A DNA stretch of 60,537 nt from positions 1 through 60,537 of the forward strand of contig JBFGJG010000027.1 in NCBI GenBank assembly GCA_041577295.1, read 5' to 3'. This DNA is from Gemmatimonadales bacterium. GTDB taxonomy: Bacteria > Gemmatimonadota > Gemmatimonadetes > Gemmatimonadales > GWC2-71-9. The position numbers and the translations under genes are program-made. Shown in pieces: positions 20,797-30,613 of the stretch. The notes under the pieces are model-generated. The model was not told where the DNA came from and made no database searches. It was given only the letters and a program-made list of their open reading frames with translations. Position 1 is the first letter of the stretch. Each line of letters begins with the position of its first letter.

Positions 20797-23544
20797 CTAT
20801 TCCGCCGCTTCGTCCAATACCTCCCGCACGCGGGTCACCAACTCGGTCACCGTCCACGGCTTGTGAAGGAATGGAACGCCAGGCTCGAGGTCTCCACACG
20901 CCTTGAGATCGCGAGCGGTATACCCGCTGGTAAAGAGAAACGGCACCCCGAGCCCTTCGGCCTTTGCCTCTTCCCAGAGACGCTGACCGCCGATTTTGGG
21001 CATGATCAAGTCCGCGACCACCAAGTCGATCTTGCCGGGTTCCAGCCGGAGCGTTTGCAGTGCCTCTTCCCCGTCCGCCACCAACCGAACGCGATACCCC
21101 CACCGCTCCAAGATTCGCTGGGCAGATCGACGAATGGCGTCATCGTCCTCAGCGAGGAGGATCGTCTCAGTCCCACCCCGCTCGGCTTTGGCCTCGCGTC
21201 CCACTTCCGCCTCCTGATGCGCAGGCGCGGCACACGGTAAATACACTCGAACCGTTGTACCGTTCTCCAATTCGCTGTATACGCTCACGAAACCGTTGTG
21301 CTGCTTGACCAGCCCATAGACCATCGCCATCCCAAGCCCTGTGCCCTCGCCCGATGGTTTGGTGGTGAAGAACGGCTCGAAGATCCGGCGTCGAGTTCGC
21401 TCGTCCATCCCCACACCGGTATCGCTCACGATCAGGCAGACGTACTCGCCAGGGTCACCCCAGCCGTGCACATTGCGAAAGCCTTGGTCCACCCACGCGC
21501 GGCGCACCGCGATGCGCAGCGTCCCACCCACGGGCATCGCATCTCGCGCGTTCGTGGCGAGGTTGACCAAGATCTGCTCCAGTGCACCCCGGTCCGCCCG
21601 CACGAGTCCAGTTTCCTCGGGGACGAACTGGAGATCGATATGTTCGGGCAACAACCGCTGCAGCATTCCAGTCATCTCATGACATACGTGAGGCAGGTCG
21701 AGGTCCTCGAACACCAGCCGCTCTCGCCGGCTGAACGCCATCAACTTCTTGACTAGCTGCGCACCACGGCGCGCCGCGGTGCGAATCTCGTCGACGTCTT
21801 TGCGAAGATCACCGAGACCTGGACTGAGCTCCGATGCGATCAGCTCTGCATTCGACAACACGGCGGTGAGAATGTTGTTGAAGTCGTGAGCGATGCCGCC
21901 GGTCAGTTGCCCCACTGCCTCCATCTTCTGTGACTGGCGGAGCTGTCCCTCCAGCGCTCGGTGTGCGGTAACATCCTCCGCCAGCATCTCGAATCCATCG
22001 AGATTGCCTTGATCGTCAAACAGCGCCCTGCCAGTCAGTCGGACACGGATCCGTTCGCCGTCCTTGCGCCGCCAATCGACCTCGACGTCTGCTACGGACC
22101 CCGATTCACGGTATTGCTCGACCAACTGCTCCCGCTCGCGTGCATCCACATAGAGATCCTGCGTCATGTCCACCGCCAACAGCTCTTCCTCGGAGTCGTA
22201 GCCGAGCATCTTCACCAGCGCGGGGTTCACCGCCACAAAGCGCCCCTCCCGGCTGGACCGATAGATGCCGTGGGTGGCGTGCTCGACCAGCGAGCGGTAC
22301 TTCGCCTCGGAGCGGCGGAGCTGCTCTTCCACGTGCTTGAGCTCGGTGACGTCTTGCCCGTGCGCCAGCACGTACTCCCAACCATCCGCATCCTCACAGA
22401 GGACATTGCGGTATGCCCAAATGCGTTCTTCGCCGGTCTTGGTGACGACTCGCATCAGGCCTGAGGCGATACCGTCCCGCTGAATGCGCGTGAGATACTC
22501 CCCGAGTTGATCGCGAACCTCAGGCGCGAGCATGTCGTGCAAGGTCTTTCCCCGGTATTCGTGCGGCTCGTAGCCGAGGAACCGCATGGCTTCTGGATTC
22601 ACGGTCAAAAAGTTTCCGGCTAGATCATGCGTGCAAATGATCCCGAGGCTGTTTTCGACGAGTTCGCGGTACCGTTTTTCGCTTCCGCGGAGACTCGCTT
22701 CAGCGCGCTGATGCTCCAGCTCGGCTGCGGCCCGCGCCGCGAAGATCTCCAACGCCCAACGTGAGCCCAGCTCGTCGCGCATCGGTTCCCGATGGAGCAC
22801 GACCAGAATCCCCGACACCGCGCCAGAAGCGCCCTTGAGCGGGGTACCTAAGTAGCTTTCCACGTTCATCTGGGTGAGCAGCGCGTCCTTGGGGAAGAGA
22901 CGTTGAACGTCTCTTGGATACCAGCATGTGCTCTGTCGCAGCACCTCGTGGCACGGGGTGTGGGCGAGATGGTACTCGAAGTTCTCCACCAGCTTGCCGT
23001 CGGCGACGACGGCGATCGTGCGAACACGCGCCCCCCCCTCGATCACCTCACCGATGAAAGCGTACGCCGTGCCCAGAAGGTCCGAGAGCTCGAGCACGGC
23101 ACTCCGAAGGAAGTTCTCGCCGGTCGCCGAGGACGCATGCGCCGTGAGGTGCCGCAGCAGGTGCTCGGCACGTCGACGCTCACTGATGTCGCGCGCGAAG
23201 AGAACATGTCCCGGCCCGCGCTCGCTCGCGATGGCGTAGATCGTGAGCTCGATCGGGACAGGTGATCCATCGCGCCGCTGAGCGACGCACTCCACGAGAC
23301 TGTTGTTGGCACTCTGCGGCGGGAGCTGCTCTGCACAACTTTCCTGATGTGCCTGGGAGACAATGAGGTCGCTAATGGAGTGCCCCACGGCGTCCGCCCG
23401 GGGCCAGCCAAACAGCTCCTCCGCGCGGGCGTTCCAGTCCGCGATCAAGCCGTCGGCGTCCGTGACGATGACGGCCTCGAACGCGGCGTCGATGATCGCA
23501 GTCAGTCCGGGCTCGACCTGTACCTTGGCCGGAACGGCTGTCAT
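20797..23544 (-). CDS. Hybrid sensor kinase PAS-GAF-PAS-PAS-HisKA-HATPase-REC (CckA-like)
   Basis: [36 protein letters not shown], receiver ILLAEDD...DLIMP...KP. Confidence 0.93.
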   Translation of the reverse strand: MTAVPAKVQVEPGLTAIIDAAFEAVIVTDADGLIADWNARAEELFGWPRADAVGHSISDLIVSQAHQESCAEQLPPQSANNSLVECVAQRRDGSPVPIELTIYAIASERGPGHVLFARDISERRRAEHLLRHLTAHASSATGENFLRSAVLELSDLLGTAYAFIGEVIEGGARVRTIAVVADGKLVENFEYHLAHTPCHEVLRQSTCWYPRDVQRLFPKDALLTQMNVESYLGTPLKGASGAVSGILVVLHREPMRDELGSRWALEIFAARAAAELEHQRAEASLRGSEKRYRELVENSLGIICTHDLAGNFLTVNPEAMRFLGYEPHEYRGKTLHDMLAPEVRDQLGEYLTRIQRDGIASGLMRVVTKTGEERIWAYRNVLCEDADGWEYVLAHGQDVTELKHVEEQLRRSEAKYRSLVEHATHGIYRSSREGRFVAVNPALVKMLGYDSEEELLAVDMTQDLYVDAREREQLVEQYRESGSVADVEVDWRRKDGERIRVRLTGRALFDDQGNLDGFEMLAEDVTAHRALEGQLRQSQKMEAVGQLTGGIAHDFNNILTAVLSNAELIASELSPGLGDLRKDVDEIRTAARRGAQLVKKLMAFSRRERLVFEDLDLPHVCHEMTGMLQRLLPEHIDLQFVPEETGLVRADRGALEQILVNLATNARDAMPVGGTLRIAVRRAWVDQGFRNVHGWGDPGEYVCLIVSDTGVGMDERTRRRIFEPFFTTKPSGEGTGLGMAMVYGLVKQHNGFVSVYSELENGTTVRVYLPCAAPAHQEAEVGREAKAERGGTETILLAEDDDAIRRSAQRILERWGYRVRLVADGEEALQTLRLEPGKIDLVVADLIMPKIGGQRLWEEAKAEGLGVPFLFTSGYTARDLKACGDLEPGVPFLHKPWTVTELVTRVREVLDEAAE

Positions 23545-23561
23545 GTCTTTCCGTCTCGGTA

Positions 23562-24035
23562 TCACGGACTCCTGCTCCCACCCGCGACGTCTTGCTGGAG
23601 TCGATTGACCCAGTCTTCGACGACGGTCGGTATCCGATCGAACTCCAGTGACTTGCTCACAAACAGATCGGCCCCCAAATCCTGCGCACGCGCTCTGTAG
23701 GGAGCGAGTGCGTAGTTGGTGCATACAATGACGAAGGTGGCGGGACGGACTCGCTTGATCTCCTCCAGGACCGCAAGGCCCGAGCGACCCGGCATGCGAA
23801 TGTCGAGAATCACAATCGATGGTGCCACGGTGTGGAAAAGGTCGATGGCCTCGTCCCCATCCCGGGCGAGCCCGGCAAGGCTCACGCCTCGCACCCCGGA
23901 CAGAGACGCTGCCAGGCGATCCCGCACGTTATCGGAATCATCGGCTATGAGTACCCCAACCCTGAGGGGCTGGGGTCGCACAGCGTCCCGATCGCCCCAG
24001 GACGCTCCGGTTGGCGCAATTGAATCCCGGTTCAT
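23562..24035 (-). CDS. Single-domain response regulator
   Basis: VLIADDS, ILDIRMPG, FVSKS; start uncertain. Confidence 0.85.
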   Translation of the reverse strand: MNRDSIAPTGASWGDRDAVRPQPLRVGVLIADDSDNVRDRLAASLSGVRGVSLAGLARDGDEAIDLFHTVAPSIVILDIRMPGRSGLAVLEEIKRVRPATFVIVCTNYALAPYRARAQDLGADLFVSKSLEFDRIPTVVEDWVNRLQQDVAGGSRSP

Positions 24036-24164
24036 TGACTCGCATTTTGCTAAATCGCTGGAAATCCCAAAAGAGGGGCCGAGGCAGCTACCGTGTACGA
24101 TTCGGTAACCTGTGTTGTAAGGGTTTGGGAAGGGACGGCCGGTGAGTGCGGATAGTGTTGAACT

Positions 24165-24797
24165 TCAAGGAGTTAGGTCGTGCCCGATTGCATAACGTAT
24201 GAGATCGGCCGTGGTCTTGACCCCCAGCTTCTCGAGGAGCCGCGCCCTATACGTGCTCACCGTCTTCGAGCTCACCCGCATCTGAGCTGCGATTTCCTTG
24301 ATGGACTTCCCGGCCCCCAGCAGACACAGGACTTCGTACTCCCGGGTGGAGAGTGCGTGGTGGGGCTCGGGGGTCGCGTCGGGTCCGAGGTCGAATGCCA
24401 GTTTCTCGGCGAGCGCGGCGGTTACGAAGCGACCACCTGAGTGCACCCGTCGAATGGCGTCTGCCAACTCACCAGGGGAATGGTGTTTGGTGAGGTAGCC
24501 GGCCGCCCCGAGCTTGAGCGCGCGGACTGCGTACTGATCTTCGGGGTGGGCACTGAGCACGAGGACTCGGCCGAGTGGATGGTCCTCCCGCAGCCGTTCC
24601 ATGACACGCAGAAATCCCGGGCCCGGCATGGCCAGGTCCAACACGATCACATCCGCGCTGGTCTCACCACACCTGGTGAGCACTTCGTCGCCATCGGCAG
24701 CCTCCGCGACCACCTCCATGTCGCCGTGTTCCTCGATTATCCGACGCAGACCATCCCGGACCATGGAGTGGTCGTCGGCGATGAGCACTCGTATCAC
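24165..24797 (-). CDS. NarL/FixJ-family (LuxR HTH) response regulator
   Basis: IRVLIADDH, LDLAMPG, LSTREYEVL...KTVSTYRARLLEKL. Confidence 0.95.
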   Translation of the reverse strand: MIRVLIADDHSMVRDGLRRIIEEHGDMEVVAEAADGDEVLTRCGETSADVIVLDLAMPGPGFLRVMERLREDHPLGRVLVLSAHPEDQYAVRALKLGAAGYLTKHHSPGELADAIRRVHSGGRFVTAALAEKLAFDLGPDATPEPHHALSTREYEVLCLLGAGKSIKEIAAQMRVSSKTVSTYRARLLEKLGVKTTADLIRYAIGHDLTP

Positions 24798-26788
24798 ACC
24801 GTTCTCCCGCTGAGTCGCACCGCCGCAGGCATTCGAACCGTGACCGAGGTTCCCACGCCGTCGACAGATGCGACGGCAATGGTGCCACCAAAGTTCTCGG
24901 CCCGCTCCCGCATGCCAATCAGGCCCAACGAGTCGGGCGATTCCACCGCCGCCGGGTGAATTCCCTGACCATCGTCGCGCACGGTCAGCACGATTTCCTC
25001 GTCCAGCTGACGAAGCGTCACTTCGAGATGCCGCGCATGCGCGTGTCGCGCGACGTTCGTGAGCGCCTCCTGAAAGATCCGGAACAGCGCGGTCGACTCA
25101 GGCTCTCCGAGCACATCATCGATGGGTTCCAGGTGAAGAGCGCACGGGATGCCGGAGCGGGAGGCAAACTCCTGCGCCTGCCATTCGATCGCGGCGCCAA
25201 CGCCCAGGTCATCGAGGAGCGGGGGACGGAGACGAGACGAGAGCCGCTGTACCGCTTCAACCGTTCCATCGATCAAGCTCACCATGGTCGCACCGCGGCG
25301 GCGCAACGTCGCCGCACTCTCGGGTAGTCGCTCGAGGATCCACACCAAGTCCATCTTCAAGGCGGTGAGCGCCTGGCCCAACTCGTCATGGATCTCCCGT
25401 GCCATGGCGCCGCGTTCCTCTTCTCGAATCATCTGCAAGCGGCTCGCTAGGTCCCGCAGCTCCCGGTGGGACCGCGCCAGGGCATTTTCGCGTTCGTTCC
25501 GCTCCGTGATGTCGCGAGACACGCCGATGACGCCGAGAACGGAGCCATCGGCGTCGCGCCACGGCGTTTTGGTCGTCAAGTAGATCTTCCGCCCATGCCC
25601 CCAATCCACGGCGTGCTCGAAGTTACGGCTCTCGCCAGTTTGCATGATCTCCTGATCGACCGCCCTGAACTCCATAGCGCGCTCGCGATCCGCGAGCGCA
25701 AAATCAGTCTTCCCTATCAGCTCTTGCTTGCTGAGTCCAAATTCCTGCGCGAAGCCGCTGTTGCTGAGCAGGAAACGCCCCTCACGATCCTTGACGAACA
25801 CGAAGTCGGCTGTGCCCTCAACCACGGCCTCAAAGAGCGCGAGGTTACGACGGATCCTGGTCTCAGCGTTTTTGTGCTCGGTGACGTCCTCGAAGACGAT
25901 GATGACGTACTCCGGGTGCCCTTCCGCGTCCCGAGCCAGCGAAGCGGTGGCCCGCCCATCCACCACGCGGCCGTCCTTCCGGAGCAAACGCTTGTCACGC
26001 TTGATGCTGTCGACCTGCCCGCGCACGAGCCGCCGCAGATCCTCCACGTCGCTCTCGTGGTCCTCCGGAGCGGTCACATCCCACACTCGCACTCCGCGGA
26101 GTTCTGCGGCCTGGTAGCCGAGTATCTCGGCGCACTTACGATTGGTGCGCAGAAAGTGACCGTCGAAATCGACATGGGCCACGCCAACCGCGGCCTGCTC
26201 GAAGGTGGCACGGAAGTCTCCAAGCGCCGCCTGGATCCTGCGTAGCGCCAAGAAGAGGAGCGACGCGGTCACGAACAGCATCGCGGCGAGCGTGGCCCAG
26301 AGCCGGCCCGGGGTGATTGGGCCGGGGGGCGTGGGTGCGAGACCACGGGACTCCGCCCACACGATGAAGAACGTCGCCACGAGGCTTACCGCGGCGATCC
26401 CGATCGCCGCCGCCGCGCTCCAAATGAACCCCGCCACCAGCACCAGCACCGGATACGCGAGAATGGCCGGCGCACGCATGCCACCCAAAAACCAGGTGCT
26501 CACGGTCACCAGCAGCCATATGAGCGCGGTGAAGACGATGCCGGCCAAGCGCTCTCGTCCTCGATGTGTGAGCCAGAGTGCGACGCCGATCACCACCATC
26601 GCGGCTGCATACGCGGCCCATGTGGACGCCGGGTTGGGATTGAAAACAGGGGAAAAGATGAAGAGCAGCGCCAGCGTAATAACGCCACTGAGCAGGACCC
26701 AATGGAGCACCTCGGCATTTCGGGTGCGCTGGAAATCGTCGAACACCGGAGCGCGGAAGAGCCAGGCCAATGAAGAGTGCTTTCTCAT
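24794..26788 (-). CDS. Membrane PAS-PAS sensor histidine kinase (HisKA_3 type)
   Basis: N-terminal TM helices; two PAS domains; AREIHDELGQ, FQEALTNVARH, SLGLIGMRER; 4-nt overlap with the regulator. Confidence 0.93.
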   Translation of the reverse strand: MRKHSSLAWLFRAPVFDDFQRTRNAEVLHWVLLSGVITLALLFIFSPVFNPNPASTWAAYAAAMVVIGVALWLTHRGRERLAGIVFTALIWLLVTVSTWFLGGMRAPAILAYPVLVLVAGFIWSAAAAIGIAAVSLVATFFIVWAESRGLAPTPPGPITPGRLWATLAAMLFVTASLLFLALRRIQAALGDFRATFEQAAVGVAHVDFDGHFLRTNRKCAEILGYQAAELRGVRVWDVTAPEDHESDVEDLRRLVRGQVDSIKRDKRLLRKDGRVVDGRATASLARDAEGHPEYVIIVFEDVTEHKNAETRIRRNLALFEAVVEGTADFVFVKDREGRFLLSNSGFAQEFGLSKQELIGKTDFALADRERAMEFRAVDQEIMQTGESRNFEHAVDWGHGRKIYLTTKTPWRDADGSVLGVIGVSRDITERNERENALARSHRELRDLASRLQMIREEERGAMAREIHDELGQALTALKMDLVWILERLPESAATLRRRGATMVSLIDGTVEAVQRLSSRLRPPLLDDLGVGAAIEWQAQEFASRSGIPCALHLEPIDDVLGEPESTALFRIFQEALTNVARHAHARHLEVTLRQLDEEIVLTVRDDGQGIHPAAVESPDSLGLIGMRERAENFGGTIAVASVDGVGTSVTVRMPAAVRLSGRTV

Positions 26789-26789
26789 G

Positions 26790-27713
26790 TCACCGCTCTG
26801 GGTCCGGGCGATCCTGATACTCGAGCAGGCGTCTCGCGAGTGTCGACATGAAGTCGACCGCAAGGTCGAAGTGATCCTCGAGAATGTCGACCAACGGCTC
26901 GACCTCGATCCGAAGTGCGACCGTCGTCGCTTCTGCCATTGCATCGTACCAGCGCCGACCACCTCGCAAGGCTTCTTGCATTCCCACCGTCGATGCCGCG
27001 CGCGCGCGCAGCTGTCGTTTCCCGGAAAGCGTTCCCCGTATGGCACCGGCCGCTACGAGCAGGAAGTCTTCCGCCGTGGCGTCCTTTCTCCAGATCTCCT
27101 CGCCAGCCGCAAACCGCACCTCCGTGACGTGATGCGCCAGCTCGGCAAGTGCATCCAGACTGCTAGTTGAGAATGCCCGAGAATGACTCAACACCAGAAT
27201 TCGTTCCACGAGATTGAGCGGCCGCCGCTGATGAACAGGCAAATCGGCAGGAGTTACCTCTTCGATCGCGCTCGGGTCCCGCTCCAGCTCTCTAATCGTC
27301 ATCATCGCCAAGTACCGAAGATACTGAGCCAGCACCGGAAAATGCTCTTCACAAACGTCGAGCTGCGCATCCCAATCCAGCTCCAGCGCCAAGGTGTCGA
27401 TGCTCGCGCGGGCACGCACGCCGCGCTCGGCCCGTGCGAGCAGGTCGACGAAACCAACGGCCTCACCCGGCCCTGCCGACCGACTCCTCCCACCCGGACG
27501 CGTGACGCTTACCTCTCCCTCCACCACGAGGAAGACCGCCTCAGCCGGTCCATCCGGATCGAGCAACGGGGTCCCCCGCGGGAACGTGCGTTCGTTGGCA
27601 TGCTGAGCCACCGCGGCGAGGTGCGCAGGGCCAAGCCCGTCGAAGGCGGGCAGGGTACGCAGGAATAGCACGCGGTCCAGCGGGCCGACGAAGAGGGTTT
27701 TATCCGCCGGCAC
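26790..27713 (-). CDS. Tandem cyclic-nucleotide-binding-fold protein
   Basis: Two repeats of the cNMP fold (LFLRTLPAF...FLVVEGEV; ILVLSHSRAF...LLVAAGAI); no HTH. Confidence 0.85.
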   Translation of the reverse strand: MPADKTLFVGPLDRVLFLRTLPAFDGLGPAHLAAVAQHANERTFPRGTPLLDPDGPAEAVFLVVEGEVSVTRPGGRSRSAGPGEAVGFVDLLARAERGVRARASIDTLALELDWDAQLDVCEEHFPVLAQYLRYLAMMTIRELERDPSAIEEVTPADLPVHQRRPLNLVERILVLSHSRAFSTSSLDALAELAHHVTEVRFAAGEEIWRKDATAEDFLLVAAGAIRGTLSGKRQLRARAASTVGMQEALRGGRRWYDAMAEATTVALRIEVEPLVDILEDHFDLAVDFMSTLARRLLEYQDRPDPER

Positions 27714-30486
27714 TGCCCGCCTCCAGCATCGTAGGGTCCTCCAGAGCCATGAGGGCCTGTTGCACCACGTTGGCGTGGTGATCCGAGAGCGCCGGTAACC
27801 CGTCGAGGACGCGCCGAAGGGCTGCGAGACGCAGCTCTCCGATGTGATAAGCAGCCAACGAGCTCAGGGATTCGGTTCCGCTGACGAGCAACTCCTCGAG
27901 CACGGCTTCGTATTGGGCGACCTCGTCGTCCTCGGTCTGCACGCTCGCGGTTTCGAACAGGTCGTCGATCAGCGTCAACAGCGACCGCCGTAGCGGCGGC
28001 TGCACGAGATTCTCGACCAGCTCCCGACTCCCGGCGCGCGCCTCTCGCTTCAAGCTGTGGAGGCCGCGGTAGATCCGTAGGAAATCCTCGTCGTTCGCCA
28101 GCAGATTAAAGAGGCGAAAGAGCCGCTCCAATGTGTGACTTTGCTTGTCCTTGAGCAGCGCGACCAGCATGTCGTGACTAACCGTTTGGCGAGAGGACAG
28201 TGCTTCGGCACCAAGCTCGAGTGCGCGTCGCCAACGCATCACACGAAATGCCGCCGACATGTTCTGGTCCACTGCTTCCCGTAACAGCTTAGCGTCCAGG
28301 GGCATTCCGGGATTCTCGCTGCGAAGACGTCCCAAGCCGCGAAGGATCTTGAAACGGACCATGCCATCCAACTCTCGCGGCAGTTGTCGCAGCAAGTGCG
28401 CGGCTGCTTGGGGGGTGCCAAACGCTGCCAGTGTATTGGGCAGGTGGCGACGCACGCCGTGGGCCAGCGTCGGATCGGCGAGCGCAGATGCCAACCGGGT
28501 CAGCGCCGACGTGCCAAAAGCAACTAGGGTGGCGCGCACTTCGTCGCGTAGTGTTCGCTGTTCCAACAGCTGCACCAGCGGTTGTACAAACTGCGGGCTC
28601 TTCACTTCTCGCATGGCGCGCACCGCTTCCAGCTGCACAGCCTCGTCAGGGCCGGTGGCAAGCGCCAGAAGGATCGGATCCAGTCCTGGCGTGGGCAAAT
28701 ACCGGATCGCCCGCGCCAGGGCGACCCGCGTTTCGGCGTCGCCGGTGCGCACCGAGGACGCCAACCGTTCGTGCACCTCCGCGATCGATACCCAGCCGCT
28801 CGCGGCGAGCCCGACGAGCGCGGTCACCCGAACGGCCGCGTCGCTGTCGTGGCTGGCATGGCGGAGTTGACCCTCGTCCGCCTGCACGATCGTCCGCACC
28901 CGGAGACTGGCCGCCCGAACGCCCGAATCGGTGTGCGAGAGTAGCCTGTCGACGATCGGGAGAAAGTCCTCACGACCGGACCGCGCAAAGAGGTCGAGCG
29001 CGTGAATCACGACGGGCGACGATGGATGATACAGAATGAGGGCCGGGACCACCCGGAGCTTCCGCTGTTCCGCAAGGATGTCGAGCGCCGCCACGACCTT
29101 GCGATCGTCAGGTGAATTCAGGGTGCTGAGCAGCGTTTCGAGCGACGCGATGTCGAGCGCCGGAAACGCGATGCGGGTTTCGGTAATCTCTTCACTCAGC
29201 GTCTCACGGAACACATCGAGGTAGTGCCTCTTCAGATCCAGGACGAGGTACAGCCACGCGGCGGCCGCAATGGCCGCTGCCACGGCAAAGGCGACCTCGC
29301 CAGACGTCAGCGACAGGGTAAGCAGAATGAGCAGCGAACCGAGCGCCTGTCCGCCGCGTTGCCCGAGCACGTCGATGACCGCTTTCACCCGACCCCGGAT
29401 CTCGACCGACATGGGCACGAACAACAGCTCTGTACCGGTCCGGTACAGTGAGTAGCGGGTACTGCCATCAGCGCCCTTCAACAACAGCACGGTGGTGATG
29501 CCGGCTGCCGCGACAAAGCCCACCGCGGTGCCGAGCAGCAGCGCGGGCACAATCGCGAGCGCTGCGTTGACGCCAAGTTGACGGATCAACCACCCAACAG
29601 CACCCAGCTGCACGACCAACGAGACCAAGTTGAGAGTGAAATACACGCTGGAGAAAAACTCACCCAACGCTTCATCCGGCACATAGCGCGCGACCGTGCT
29701 CTTGAAGACGAAATCCACGAGTGTGAACGTGATCGTGGACAGCAGTACCACAATGGCCACGCGTCGGAGGTAGGGACGGTCCCAGATGAGCCGGCCAACC
29801 CGGGCAAAGTCGATGTCCGCCAGGCCCCCCGATGTCTCCGCACGTCGACCACCGGGCGCGGGACCGAACAGGGTGGGGGAAATGGAACTACCGAGAAAGA
29901 CGATCCCGGCAGCAAGGACCACGTGTCTAGCGTCGACAACCTCCGTCAGTACACGAGCCAAACCCGAGCCGACGATGGCACCCAACACACTGCCGGAGCC
30001 GATCACCGCAAAGAGCCGCTTGGCCTGGGTGACCGTGAACCGATCGCTCAACACGGTCCAGAAACGCACCACGACCAGCGTGGCGAGGACCCCGGACCAT
30101 GCGTAGAGCGCGTAGAAGACCCACCCCGCCGTGAGGTGCACCGCCACCCAGAAGGCAAGCGTGATTCCGCCGGAGAACACGAGCCATGCGCTCAGCTCGT
30201 GCCGGTTCGACAGACGCCGGAGCAATCGGGGTGGGTTGCGGGTAAGGAGGAGGGCCGCGGCAGCTATGGTGAGATACACCCAGGGGAGCAGGGATGCCGG
30301 CAACCTGGCCAGGAACAACGCATCTCGGGCCGTCTCGAGCAACGCATGGCCTGCCATGAAGCCAAACAGCGTAACGAACGCGGCGAGCGTATCGCGACGC
30401 TCATCGGGTCGTATCGCCCCGAACGTGCTCAGCACACGTATCGACAACGGCTCTCTCGGGGTCTGGCGGGCTTCGGGCGAACTCAT
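27700..30486 (-). CDS. NTT/TLC (Npt1/Npt2-like) nucleotide-transporter domain fused to HEAT repeats
   Basis: LETARDALFL, QAKRLFAVIG, RYSLYRTGTELLFVP, RVKAVIDVLGQRGG in a ~12-TM region; then HEAT-like repeats (DSGVRAASL, DAAVRVTAL, VRFKILRGLG). Confidence 0.82.
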   Translation of the reverse strand: MSSPEARQTPREPLSIRVLSTFGAIRPDERRDTLAAFVTLFGFMAGHALLETARDALFLARLPASLLPWVYLTIAAAALLLTRNPPRLLRRLSNRHELSAWLVFSGGITLAFWVAVHLTAGWVFYALYAWSGVLATLVVVRFWTVLSDRFTVTQAKRLFAVIGSGSVLGAIVGSGLARVLTEVVDARHVVLAAGIVFLGSSISPTLFGPAPGGRRAETSGGLADIDFARVGRLIWDRPYLRRVAIVVLLSTITFTLVDFVFKSTVARYVPDEALGEFFSSVYFTLNLVSLVVQLGAVGWLIRQLGVNAALAIVPALLLGTAVGFVAAAGITTVLLLKGADGSTRYSLYRTGTELLFVPMSVEIRGRVKAVIDVLGQRGGQALGSLLILLTLSLTSGEVAFAVAAAIAAAAWLYLVLDLKRHYLDVFRETLSEEITETRIAFPALDIASLETLLSTLNSPDDRKVVAALDILAEQRKLRVVPALILYHPSSPVVIHALDLFARSGREDFLPIVDRLLSHTDSGVRAASLRVRTIVQADEGQLRHASHDSDAAVRVTALVGLAASGWVSIAEVHERLASSVRTGDAETRVALARAIRYLPTPGLDPILLALATGPDEAVQLEAVRAMREVKSPQFVQPLVQLLEQRTLRDEVRATLVAFGTSALTRLASALADPTLAHGVRRHLPNTLAAFGTPQAAAHLLRQLPRELDGMVRFKILRGLGRLRSENPGMPLDAKLLREAVDQNMSAAFRVMRWRRALELGAEALSSRQTVSHDMLVALLKDKQSHTLERLFRLFNLLANDEDFLRIYRGLHSLKREARAGSRELVENLVQPPLRRSLLTLIDDLFETASVQTEDDEVAQYEAVLEELLVSGTESLSSLAAYHIGELRLAALRRVLDGLPALSDHHANVVQQALMALEDPTMLEAGSAGG

Positions 30487-30613
30487 GAGCTGGGCGCCTG
30501 CCCTCCGTGTAACCAAGATGCGGGGCCCAGGGTTGCACTCAGACCGGCGCGGCCCCAACCGTCAATATAGAGATCGCTCACTGTCTTTCATCTTTCCGTT
30601 TAACTTATCGAAT

